The notes under the pieces are model-generated. The model was not told the origin of the DNA, did no database searches, and saw only the letters and a program-made list of their open reading frames with translations. Of a DNA stretch of 64,000 nucleotides, positions 46,561 to 55,915 are shown one piece after another. The DNA is from Owenweeksia sp. (GTDB lineage: Bacteria; Bacteroidota; Bacteroidia; Flavobacteriales; Schleiferiaceae), in assembly GCA_965229445.1 (NCBI GenBank), contig OZ245876.1, positions 2,128,099-2,192,098 of the forward strand, written 5' to 3'. Within the stretch, counting starts at the first letter, position 1, and each line of letters begins with the position of its first letter. The translations under genes were made by a program, and so were the position numbers.

Positions 46561-49500
46561 ATGAGAATTCTTGGAACTATCATAATATTACTGTATTGCA
46601 GTAGTATTGGGCTTGCTCAACGCACAGTACGCGATCATATGCGTGTGGGTAACAGTCAGCCTGATTCTACCGGCACTTATTTCTTCAGTATTCCTGAGAA
46701 CGAGGATTTTGATTACCTGGTGGGTGATTTAGGCATCACCTCAAATATGCCTTCCGGCGTTCTGGATAATGATTTGTTCTATCTGAGAAACGATTCTCTC
46801 TTTACGAGATACTCCTTTGACTATGAGGGTTTTCTTCCAAACCCCTTGCAAGTAGTTGTCTCAAATGCCACCGGGTTGGATACTGTGGTGATAAACATAA
46901 CTGATGTAAGCGGTAAATGGGATACCAATGGAAAAGCCGACGCTGACATCGCCAATAAGTATGAAAATGTAAAATTGGGTGATTATATAGTCTGGAATTA
47001 CACTTCCGGTATGGATCTACAACTGGCTGTACCCTCTATTGCCTCAGGCAAAAAGATTCTAATCCAGGGTAAAGCTTATGATAAGATTGAGCTGGATCTT
47101 CAGAATTGTGCCGGCTCAGGCGTCACCAATCGTACCATTGTCACTAATTTTTTAGGTCAGGTCCAAACCAAAGATGGTATTGTCTTAGACAATGCAACAT
47201 ACGTGCGTATTACCGGGCAATATGATCCCATTAACTTCACCGGCCATCGATATTTTCCGGGTTGTGATAAAAATGGAAGTAGCGTCTCTTTTGGATACGC
47301 TCACGGCACATTTGGTATTTATTACGACAACGAATGGCAATCGGAGACATCAGGCACCGGCTTAGAAATCAGCTCCAACAATACCGGGGTTGAAATAGAC
47401 CATCTGGAACTAGGCAATGGTGGTTTTACAGCGATCAGCATTGGATGGAAGAATACCTACAGTATTGCAGACAACACGCATATTCACCATAATTTTATTC
47501 ACGACGTTGGCTCGCAGGGGATCGTCTTAGGAGTCTTGGGCAGCTTTCCTCAGCAAATCTTCACCAATTGTGTCATAGAAAATAATGCATTAGTGCGTTG
47601 TGGCGGAGAATGCCTTCAAACGGCCTGGATATCCTCTGGTTCAATAGTTAGAAATAATTTCATGCATGGTGCAACAGACTGGAAAGATCCATTTGCTCGA
47701 TGGCAGGATGGCGTAATCGAGTGGTTTTCTCTTGGAGGTGATATTGATGTCCAGAGCAATATTCTTATTGGAGGTGGATATCGCACCATGAATCTTACTA
47801 CCAGAAACAACAATACACCATTTAGCTATGAGCTGGATACATTGAGATTTTTTAATAACCTCGTATATCGCAATCGCAGCAATGTTGCTGTATTTGCACA
47901 TTCAACCTCCGATACTTTAACCCAGCTAAAATTTGACGGTAACTATTTTGGTAAACTGGGATATGACCTGGATGAAGTTTATCCCATTGGCGATACAACC
48001 AATAACAAAGCCCTGGGATTGCATACCAAACCAGTGAGTATTGTAGTGAGCAATAACTCTTATGATTTTAGTATCGAAAACCTTACCGGAGGTTCTGCTA
48101 GTCCTACTTTCTCGAACAATAAGAAGCTTAATATCCCAGTACCGGAGTTTGAAAATTATCTGGGGACCCCGGTTGGATTTAATTATCTGAAAGTTAATAG
48201 ATATGCTAGTGTGATTGGTTCGAGCACCAACTTCCCCAATACGGGCACCAACAAGGGAGATCCCGCATCCTGGGAAGTAAATGACATTGTACAAACATCC
48301 AATAATCAAGGGAAAACACGATTCTACAAATGTCTTCAGGCTACCAATAACAGCTCCAATAATCCACCGGTTGATGATTCCAGCAACAGCACCTGGCAGT
48401 TAATGACATGGCTAAAGCCCGACGGCAGTACCAGTTATTTTCCTCCAGATGACATCAAGCTTAAAGGGACAAATTACTACTTTACTCAAAGGGGTATAGG
48501 TGTTTCGGATAGCGTCTCCAACAATCCACCTCCACCACCTCCACCCATTCCCAACATTCCTCCAGTAGTGAGTATTGCCAACCCACTAGACAAATCAAAA
48601 CTAGGTATCAATGACACCATCAATATCCTGGCAAGCGCTTCTGATCCAGATGGTGCAGTATTCTCCGTGAAACTGTTTGTAAACGGTCAACTGAATAAGA
48701 TTGAATATTTCGCTCCTTATAACAATGAATTCATTCCAACCGCAACCGGTAGCTATGAATTCTTCGCGATCGCTTATGATAGTGATGGTGACAGCACAAT
48801 TAGCGATACGGTCACAGTTTACATACTCAATCCTAATGCTTTCAATGTGTTGAACTTCACGAAGCATACCGGTGTGGACCATGGCACCACAAATGCCTCT
48901 CAAAACATGTTGGATTCTCTGGGAACGCTTATTGGCTTTAACGTAGATCTTGACTCTACGGGAACTTCTTTTAATTCATTGAGCAGCCTTCAGAACTACA
49001 GCGTTATTATTTTCAGCAACACCACGGGCAACAACCTGTTAAGCGGCATCCAGAGGGCAAACTTTGAATCTTATATGCAGAATGGAGGGTCTATGGTGGG
49101 TATTCACGCCGTAGTAGACGCTCATCGTCATGCCACGGCCAATGGCACCGGCACCGGTACCTGGGATTGGTTACCAGAATTAGTCGGTGCGAGTTCCAAC
49201 TTCTCACCCTCAGAAACCAGTTCAGGAACTACGGCTAGCGTACAAAAAGTAAACAGCCACTCCAGTGTGGATTTCCTCTCCAACACCTTTAATTATACCG
49301 GAGCTTTTCCATATTTCGAAGGAGGCTACTTTGACTCTACTGTAACACCCATTCTCAAGGTTCAATCTACGGGATCACAATCCTATGATGCACCTCGCTA
49401 TTTAGCATGGTATAAATACCTGTCGGGTGGGGGGAAATTATTCTATACAGGACTGGGGCACAGTTCTAACGAATTTGACGCCAACCCAAATTTTCAGAAC

Positions 49501-50883
49501 CATATTTTACAAGCTATTCTATGGGCACAGGCCAATGCTCTGCCAGAAGTGTCCATTATCAATATTCAAAATGGTGACACGGTATATAAAAATGACGACA
49601 TCGAAGTTCAGGCGGTTGCATATGACCCTGATGGCAATATTGATTCTGTATCTTTTGAAGTTGACAATGTGACTTATGCAACGGATGCGGACAGCGCCTA
49701 TAAAGCGGATTACGTTGCTAAAAAAGTAGGAGTAAGAAATCTAAGTGTAACGGCTTATGATAATGATGGGGGCAAGAAAAAGTCCCAAATCATCAGTATT
49801 CATGTTGTAGATACTACTGCTCCTTTTCAAAATGGTCGGACTTATGCTGATCTCGACCCGTACTTTACGCATGTTTATACTGCAGACAGCTCGCTTTACA
49901 CATTCAATCCCGCCCATGTAGTGTCTGATGGGGATACGGTAATGATGATGCTAGATAGAAAGCAGGTGCATGATGTGAAATGGATCGGCGACAGGTTCTC
50001 GATTGTCTTACCTTCTATTCCACCCTTTCATGATGATGCTGCAGGTAAATATATATTCTTTCAAAACTCCAAGAATCAGGTTTATAATAAGGAAGTGCCG
50101 CCATTTGGTTTACCGGCCGAAGCACACTATTTGGTAATGATCTTAGAGGGCCCCGGTTATGAAGGATACACTCAAAAGGTTCTAGGTTACAGAGACCGTA
50201 GAAACGGTGGATCCTATGAACTGAAATGGACCGGTAGCCCTGAGTTTTCTGATGGGGGAAGAATTGATGTAAACCGATATACCTGGATTCGGATCAAAGC
50301 TGATGTTAACGGACAGGCGAAAATGTGGTTGAATGGTGTACCCTATAATGGTGGACAGACACTGAATGTAGGAACGGGAACCAGAAAGCAACTAGGCTAT
50401 GGCACCCCTTCTCACATTGGTGAACACATCATGTTTGGATCCTGGTATCTAATTGGAGATACCTTCAACAATAATGAAATGGATTCCATAGAAACAATCT
50501 TTAATGATTTGTTTGATCTAGGTGCACCACCACCTGCACCGATAGCAGACAGTATATGGATTACCTGGGACAACAATCTGAAGCGCTGGGAAGCCAACTA
50601 TGAGTATCTCAATACTCTGGGCATCCCTGAGGATCCCTCCAGAGTAGAATATCAATGGTTTGCTCCGGCCGATACTTCTTTTCCAGGTACCAATGTTATC
50701 GACATTATTAAGCAAATTCCCGGCGCAAATGGGAAATACCTGAAAAGAGCTGACTATCCGTATTGGTTCCCCCCACCCTATCCATCTAAACACAATGTAT
50801 ATCTTCGGGTAAAGGTTTATGATATTCAAGACAACACCTGGCGGTTCTTAAGATCTGACTCGGCCAAGGATCTGGCCAAGTAA
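46561..50883 (+). CDS. 1440-aa secreted multidomain protein (parallel beta-helix, CBM5/12-like, poly-Pro linker, Ig-like x2, ThuA-like, C-terminal unknown/lectin-like)
   Basis: Signal peptide. Beta-helix repeats (HIHHNFIHDVGSQGIVLG, VIENNALVRCGG, IVRNNFMHG). WEVNDIVQ...RFYKCLQATNN...STWQLM, then PPPPPPPIPNIPP. Two ...DPDG...Ig-like modules. ThuA-like LFYTGLGHSSNEF..NPNFQNHILQAILWA. Starts 10 nt after the previous gene. Confidence 0.7.
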   Translation: MRILGTIIILLYCSSIGLAQRTVRDHMRVGNSQPDSTGTYFFSIPENEDFDYLVGDLGITSNMPSGVLDNDLFYLRNDSLFTRYSFDYEGFLPNPLQVVVSNATGLDTVVINITDVSGKWDTNGKADADIANKYENVKLGDYIVWNYTSGMDLQLAVPSIASGKKILIQGKAYDKIELDLQNCAGSGVTNRTIVTNFLGQVQTKDGIVLDNATYVRITGQYDPINFTGHRYFPGCDKNGSSVSFGYAHGTFGIYYDNEWQSETSGTGLEISSNNTGVEIDHLELGNGGFTAISIGWKNTYSIADNTHIHHNFIHDVGSQGIVLGVLGSFPQQIFTNCVIENNALVRCGGECLQTAWISSGSIVRNNFMHGATDWKDPFARWQDGVIEWFSLGGDIDVQSNILIGGGYRTMNLTTRNNNTPFSYELDTLRFFNNLVYRNRSNVAVFAHSTSDTLTQLKFDGNYFGKLGYDLDEVYPIGDTTNNKALGLHTKPVSIVVSNNSYDFSIENLTGGSASPTFSNNKKLNIPVPEFENYLGTPVGFNYLKVNRYASVIGSSTNFPNTGTNKGDPASWEVNDIVQTSNNQGKTRFYKCLQATNNSSNNPPVDDSSNSTWQLMTWLKPDGSTSYFPPDDIKLKGTNYYFTQRGIGVSDSVSNNPPPPPPPIPNIPPVVSIANPLDKSKLGINDTINILASASDPDGAVFSVKLFVNGQLNKIEYFAPYNNEFIPTATGSYEFFAIAYDSDGDSTISDTVTVYILNPNAFNVLNFTKHTGVDHGTTNASQNMLDSLGTLIGFNVDLDSTGTSFNSLSSLQNYSVIIFSNTTGNNLLSGIQRANFESYMQNGGSMVGIHAVVDAHRHATANGTGTGTWDWLPELVGASSNFSPSETSSGTTASVQKVNSHSSVDFLSNTFNYTGAFPYFEGGYFDSTVTPILKVQSTGSQSYDAPRYLAWYKYLSGGGKLFYTGLGHSSNEFDANPNFQNHILQAILWAQANALPEVSIINIQNGDTVYKNDDIEVQAVAYDPDGNIDSVSFEVDNVTYATDADSAYKADYVAKKVGVRNLSVTAYDNDGGKKKSQIISIHVVDTTAPFQNGRTYADLDPYFTHVYTADSSLYTFNPAHVVSDGDTVMMMLDRKQVHDVKWIGDRFSIVLPSIPPFHDDAAGKYIFFQNSKNQVYNKEVPPFGLPAEAHYLVMILEGPGYEGYTQKVLGYRDRRNGGSYELKWTGSPEFSDGGRIDVNRYTWIRIKADVNGQAKMWLNGVPYNGGQTLNVGTGTRKQLGYGTPSHIGEHIMFGSWYLIGDTFNNNEMDSIETIFNDLFDLGAPPPAPIADSIWITWDNNLKRWEANYEYLNTLGIPEDPSRVEYQWFAPADTSFPGTNVIDIIKQIPGANGKYLKRADYPYWFPPPYPSKHNVYLRVKVYDIQDNTWRFLRSDSAKDLAK

Positions 50884-51002
50884 CAGAAGTGGGGTCTATG
50901 GTCGTTGTTATGCGGATTTTATCGAAAAACAATCCATGCCTGAATCAAACTTTCTAAATTTACCCTAACTACACTGGCAAACAACAGCCACAGCAAGGTA
51001 AT

Positions 51003-51863
51003 ATGTCGCCGAAACTCTCCAATCTGCTCAATCGCTCATCGGTAAAACTCACCGGTAAAAACTTCGATTCTCATAGAAAGGTTTTTAAAAACACTTTGCG
51101 CAGGAAATTTGTGGGAGCAGTAGACAACAAGTTTCTCTTTATTCTCTCTCCTCCTTTTTGTGGCAGCACTTTACTCAATCAGGTGATTTCTACTTCACAA
51201 TTTGTTTCGGTGAACAATGAGGTAGATACCCGTGAAGGACAAACCCTACCTGAGGTGCGTAAGATGATGTTCGATCACCATCAAAGATGGGATGAAAACT
51301 TGGTGCTAGACTGGCCCTTCATCAAGAAGATTTGGCTCAAATACTGGGATCGTACCAAACCCATTTTATTGGAGAAAAGTCCACCTAATATTGTGCGCGC
51401 AGCCAAACTTCAGGAACATTTTGCCCCCTCCTACTTCATTATTTTCCATCGCAATCCATACGCTCACGTGGAGAGTCTTATTAATCGGAAAAATCCCGAT
51501 CTCGAAGAAGCGGCCAGATTCTCTATAAGATGCCTGCAACATCAAAAAAGAAATTTAGAAAACCTGAAGAATCATATTCACATCAGTTACGAGCAGCTCA
51601 CGAACGCACCGGAAAGTGTAGTGAACCAACTTCAAGAAATGTTACCTGAACTTACCGATATCAACATTGAACAGAACTTTACCGCCCATAACTTTAAGAA
51701 GGAAAAGGCGATGAAGATTACCAACTTAAACCAAGAGAAGATCGGTAAATTGAATCCTGATCAGATGGAAAGAATCAATCAAATCTTTGAACCGCATGGT
51801 GAGCTTCTACAATTCTTTGATTACGATCTGGTTGAAACAAATACTAATAGCAATTCCGGATGA
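51003..51863 (+). CDS. Sulfotransferase-family protein
   Basis: 5'-PSB-like loop SPPFCGSTLL and 3'-PB-like FHRNPYAHVES. 286 aa. Confidence 0.6.
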   Translation: MSPKLSNLLNRSSVKLTGKNFDSHRKVFKNTLRRKFVGAVDNKFLFILSPPFCGSTLLNQVISTSQFVSVNNEVDTREGQTLPEVRKMMFDHHQRWDENLVLDWPFIKKIWLKYWDRTKPILLEKSPPNIVRAAKLQEHFAPSYFIIFHRNPYAHVESLINRKNPDLEEAARFSIRCLQHQKRNLENLKNHIHISYEQLTNAPESVVNQLQEMLPELTDINIEQNFTAHNFKKEKAMKITNLNQEKIGKLNPDQMERINQIFEPHGELLQFFDYDLVETNTNSNSG

Positions 51864-52639
51864 ACCTATCCACCATACCACGGTATCTAAGCACGCTTTC
51901 CAATAACCCCAGAATCTTTTTTGGACCAAAAAAGTACTTGTTTCTGGTCAGTCATATGCGCAGCTTTTCTACGCTGCTTTCGCACATCTTAGGCAGCAGC
52001 AGCGATATCAACGGGTACCGTGAAAACCATATTTCATATCAGGGTTCCATGGATTTACTCAAGCTCAGATATCGTACCCAAATGGCCATTGAAGGAAAAC
52101 TGGATGGCACCTATGTCTTAGACAAAATTTTACACAATCACTGGGCTATTAACAATTCCATTATTCAGAAGCCCAATTTAAAGCTGCTGTTTACCATGCG
52201 TAAGCCGGAAGACACAGTGAAGAGTATTATTAACATGGGTCAAAAGTTAGTGGATGAAGATTGGTATCTGGATCATCAGAAGGTGGCTAACTATTATGAA
52301 GGAAGACTAAAGGCTATGGCTACTTATGCCAATATGATTGGCAAGAATGCCGCCTATTTTGATGCCGAAGAACTAATTGAAAATCCCGAAAGTCTCACTG
52401 AAAAGCTTACGCATTGGCTCCAATTATCCGACCCCTTAAAAACTGAATACAAGCAATTTAGAGACACAGGAAAACCCATTCATGGTGACCCCTCCAGCAA
52501 TATACTCAAGGGCAAAATCCTTAAAGACAAAAGAAAATACGAAATCGACTTAAGTAGGGAATTAGTGCAAATTCTGGAGCAAGTTTATCATGATACGCGC
52601 AACAGCCTTCTGGATAAATGCACCGTTCTCAATTCCTAA
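51860..52639 (+). CDS. Sulfotransferase-family protein (degenerate PSB loop)
   Basis: VSHMRSFSTLL (compare PRSG(T/S)TLL) and MRKPEDTVKS (compare R.P.D...S). ATGA overlap with the upstream sulfotransferase. Confidence 0.5.
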   Translation: MNLSTIPRYLSTLSNNPRIFFGPKKYLFLVSHMRSFSTLLSHILGSSSDINGYRENHISYQGSMDLLKLRYRTQMAIEGKLDGTYVLDKILHNHWAINNSIIQKPNLKLLFTMRKPEDTVKSIINMGQKLVDEDWYLDHQKVANYYEGRLKAMATYANMIGKNAAYFDAEELIENPESLTEKLTHWLQLSDPLKTEYKQFRDTGKPIHGDPSSNILKGKILKDKRKYEIDLSRELVQILEQVYHDTRNSLLDKCTVLNS

Positions 52640-52658
52640 ACCAGAAAATTACATGAGC

Positions 52659-53540
52659 TTAGACGGTGTCTCTTTTTGATCGTTCCTCGTCAATCATATT
52701 CATAATCTCAGAATCAATGCGCTCGTCAAACTTTCGGGCATAAAGGGCATCCATTCCCATTAATTCTTCAAAATCCTTGGCTCTAAAAACCAGTGGATTT
52801 TCATCCCCCGTGGTCCATACCAGATGACGCTTATCATCCGGTACCACCTGATCTTTAAAAGGCGAGTTCATGATTATCGTGTTAAACATGACCTCATCGG
52901 GAATGAAGGTATTATTGAAAAATTTGAGCAGTTGCGGATGATTGTTTAAGTAATCGATGATATATTGAATAGCTTCAGTTGACGCAATAAACCACTGGCT
53001 CACACCATAATAATCCGGAAAGAAATCAACCTTGCGCTGTATTCCGAGAAACTTGGAAATTTTTATCCATTGTGTGCGCATAAACCAGGTCTTATAACTG
53101 CGATCGATCATCCATTTGGGAAAATAGACGGTTAATCTGTCCATGCCGCCACTGTGATGGCCCCATTCATCAAAAGGAAATTTTCTCACTTTAAAGAACT
53201 GCTTTCCCTTGTTGGCTTCCAGAAATGACTCGATTTCTTTGTTGCTCTTTAATGGGTAATCCTGGCCCGATAGCAACACCATATAGTCAAATTCTTCACG
53301 CTTCTTTAAAGCTTCCTGGCACAGGGCAATAGTGGCTTCCACCAATGTAAAATCACCCCACTTTACCGATATGCGATTATTAATCAAGTGAATCCGATCA
53401 CCTTCATCGATGGAGGAGGCGATGTCTGATTTCTGATCAACGTGCAGAAAAAACTGGTTTTTGCCATTATCCAATGCCCTAACCAACTGATTAATTTGCT
53501 GGGGATTGGTATGAACGAGTAAGAGGTATGCAATTCTCAT
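52659..53540 (-). CDS. GT14 (core-2/I-branching enzyme-like) glycosyltransferase
   Basis: MRIAYLLLVHTNPQQINQLVRAL...FFLHVDQKSD is the typical N-terminus of Branch-domain (GT14) proteins. 293 aa. Confidence 0.7.
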   Translation of the reverse strand: MRIAYLLLVHTNPQQINQLVRALDNGKNQFFLHVDQKSDIASSIDEGDRIHLINNRISVKWGDFTLVEATIALCQEALKKREEFDYMVLLSGQDYPLKSNKEIESFLEANKGKQFFKVRKFPFDEWGHHSGGMDRLTVYFPKWMIDRSYKTWFMRTQWIKISKFLGIQRKVDFFPDYYGVSQWFIASTEAIQYIIDYLNNHPQLLKFFNNTFIPDEVMFNTIIMNSPFKDQVVPDDKRHLVWTTGDENPLVFRAKDFEELMGMDALYARKFDERIDSEIMNMIDEERSKRDTV

Positions 53541-53545
53541 CGTAA

Positions 53546-54880
53546 CTAGGACCTAAATTCTTTAGTAATTAATTTACACTGAATAAAACCCTGCTTAAGG
53601 GCTGCAGGTATATTAAAGGGCAATTCTCGTCGGTGAACATAGTAGGAATAAGCTATCCCAGACATTTTGGTAATCAGGGTGATAGCCGCTACTCCTACCA
53701 CACCATATCCCAACATGATCACTATGAGGTCACCAACAATATTCACGATCAATACAATCATGTACTTCCTGAGGTTATACTTCGGTCTATTGGTGACATT
53801 AAGGACAATTCCGCTTAAGCGATCAAAGGGTGTAATAAATAAGAGCAGGGCGAAAATTTGTACAATTATTCCAGCATCAGCGTATTGCTCCCCACCAAGT
53901 ACCAGTACCAGCCAGTCGGCAAACACAAAAATAAGCACGGAGAGTGGGCTTAAGGTGATGAGGGCAAAACCAAGAATTCTTTGAAATTGAATCTTGAGTT
54001 CTTCATCGGATACCTTGCCGAACTTCTTAGAAAAATAGGGAAATGAAAGTTGCAAAATCCCCATTAAAGGTACCGCATGAAGTTTTTTAATCCGCTTGGG
54101 AATCTCATAAATAGCCAGGGAGGCCGGTCCCAGGAAAGACATAATGATTATGGAATCTGAATTAGTGAGGGCGATGGAACCAATGGATGCCCCCAGGCTA
54201 AACTTGCCAAAGTTTAAAATCTCCTTATTATACACCTTCTTGTATTGGAGATAATACTTAAAATGAGACCACCCGAGTATTAAGACCATGAGTGAGGTCA
54301 GACCGTTGGCTGTTAGATAAGCGATGAAAACATAATTGATATCCTTTTCAAAATGATATACAAGCACTATTCCAATGAGAAACAGACCTACAGATATGAA
54401 CCTAATCACCAGCAAATGCTGAAATTTCATAGTGGCATTGGTGACCCATCTACCAATAGTTTGAGGGATGACCACAATTCCATAAACTAGCACCCAGATG
54501 GATATTTTTAGTAAGTAGGAATCCTCAGTTGCGTAACCAATGATGCCTAGAATGAGCGATGCTCCGGCGCTTAGCATTAAAATGAATTTCATCACCAAAT
54601 CCCAGGTACTGGCAATCACCGACTTAAAATCATAATCTTCATTGGCAGCCATGCGAATGACCGGCGTCTTGATCAAACCGTTTAAGGTCATCTCAATGAT
54701 ACCATAGATGGTGAGAAACAGAGCCCAATATCCAAATTCACCTTTGGTTAATGCCCGCGCCATTAAACTGAAGGTCAGCAAAGCAATTGCCGAGTTGAAC
54801 ACACTGGAAAACAGTGAGTAAAACTTTTGAGAACGGAAGAATACCGGTAGCCTTTTGCTGGTGAAAGGATTGAGTTTCAT
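53546..54880 (-). CDS. Wzx-like oligo/polysaccharide flippase (MOP superfamily)
   Basis: 444 aa, about 12 TM helices. Its N-terminal pattern ...ALLTFSLMARALTKGEFGYWALF is typical of polysaccharide biosynthesis flippases. 5 nt upstream of the GT14 gene. Confidence 0.7.
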   Translation of the reverse strand: MKLNPFTSKRLPVFFRSQKFYSLFSSVFNSAIALLTFSLMARALTKGEFGYWALFLTIYGIIEMTLNGLIKTPVIRMAANEDYDFKSVIASTWDLVMKFILMLSAGASLILGIIGYATEDSYLLKISIWVLVYGIVVIPQTIGRWVTNATMKFQHLLVIRFISVGLFLIGIVLVYHFEKDINYVFIAYLTANGLTSLMVLILGWSHFKYYLQYKKVYNKEILNFGKFSLGASIGSIALTNSDSIIIMSFLGPASLAIYEIPKRIKKLHAVPLMGILQLSFPYFSKKFGKVSDEELKIQFQRILGFALITLSPLSVLIFVFADWLVLVLGGEQYADAGIIVQIFALLLFITPFDRLSGIVLNVTNRPKYNLRKYMIVLIVNIVGDLIVIMLGYGVVGVAAITLITKMSGIAYSYYVHRRELPFNIPAALKQGFIQCKLITKEFRS

Positions 54881-55038
54881 GTGAGAGTAGTTCCTTTGAC
54901 TTTAGCGTCTTTTAAGCTCAAGTAAATGTAGAGAATAACTTATTCTGGGGAACTTGCCATCGATGAATGACGCTAATTAGCTGATAACAAGAAGCTAAGA
55001 TTCTATCTCCTTTTAATTTTATGCCCGCAAATCTGCCA

Positions 55039-55788
55039 TTACCTCGGTCCTGTTAAAGTTGGATCCTTTTCAATCAGTTCCGCACAAATCTCCATAAACC
55101 TATAATCCTCTTTGTACCACGCTCTCAGGTTCTTCTGAGCTTCTTCGCTCAATTCAGTATTTGCAGAGTCAGGATTTTTGTGTGCCTTGATGTCGTCTTG
55201 GGGAAGCACCACCTGTTTGGGCATGCCAAACTTGTCTCTTAAGGCCGGAAAATCATGGTTTAAACTCTCCTGGAAACCAATAAAAAAGAGGTCTGAAACA
55301 CGCGATCTGAAGAAATCTTCATCACCAAACCAATCCCAAAAGGAATCCTTAATATGCTGGATTTTGGTCATGCCCAATTCGGCTATTCGTCGTTTTTCCG
55401 GATCAGTAGAGGAAAGACCTCTAGCCAGTTCATCCGGACTGGTAAAGGTTTCAAATACCAACTTCTCATCTTCATTCCAGGGCCAATAATAGCGGGGTTT
55501 ACCCTGCCTTTGTCTGCTGAAATAGCCGCTGGTAAAGCGTTTCATCGGATCGCGAAGAAAGAAGAAAAAACCCTCCCCCTTTTTAATATCCTTTAGGCGG
55601 AAATGATGGGAGTGCAATTCAATCTTGAATTCACGGGTAACCGTTCCAGATTCGCTAATGGCATGTTTTACCGCCGTTCCTCCGGTTTTTCCGATATGCA
55701 GGAGGTGAACAAACTTCTTACCCATGAGCTTAAACAGCACACGCAGCGCAGAGCCTTTCATCTTTCTATATAACTTTCTCAGTTTCAT
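55039..55788 (-). CDS. Sulfotransferase (Sulfotransfer_2 / HS6ST-like motifs)
   Basis: LHIGKTGGTAVKHAI (compare H.(P/Q)KTGGT) and FFFLRDPMKRFTSGY (compare RDP..R..S). 249 aa. Confidence 0.7.
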   Translation of the reverse strand: MKLRKLYRKMKGSALRVLFKLMGKKFVHLLHIGKTGGTAVKHAISESGTVTREFKIELHSHHFRLKDIKKGEGFFFFLRDPMKRFTSGYFSRQRQGKPRYYWPWNEDEKLVFETFTSPDELARGLSSTDPEKRRIAELGMTKIQHIKDSFWDWFGDEDFFRSRVSDLFFIGFQESLNHDFPALRDKFGMPKQVVLPQDDIKAHKNPDSANTELSEEAQKNLRAWYKEDYRFMEICAELIEKDPTLTGPR

Positions 55789-55915
55789 ATTGAGCTACAT
55801 AGATTTTTGTTGGAGTGAGTATTCATTTAGGGGGTAAATATACTCTTTCAAAAGCGCCAATGCTGGGGTGCCTTCGTTGTGAAACATATATTGTCTGTTA
55901 ATGGTAAATCAAGGG

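Noticed and set aside
43189-50883. Prophage or phage-tail-like particle locus, suggested by the tail-fibre-type repeats
   Set aside because: There are no capsid, terminase, portal, baseplate, sheath, tube or integrase genes nearby. Both giant proteins have Sec signal peptides, which fits cellular surface proteins.
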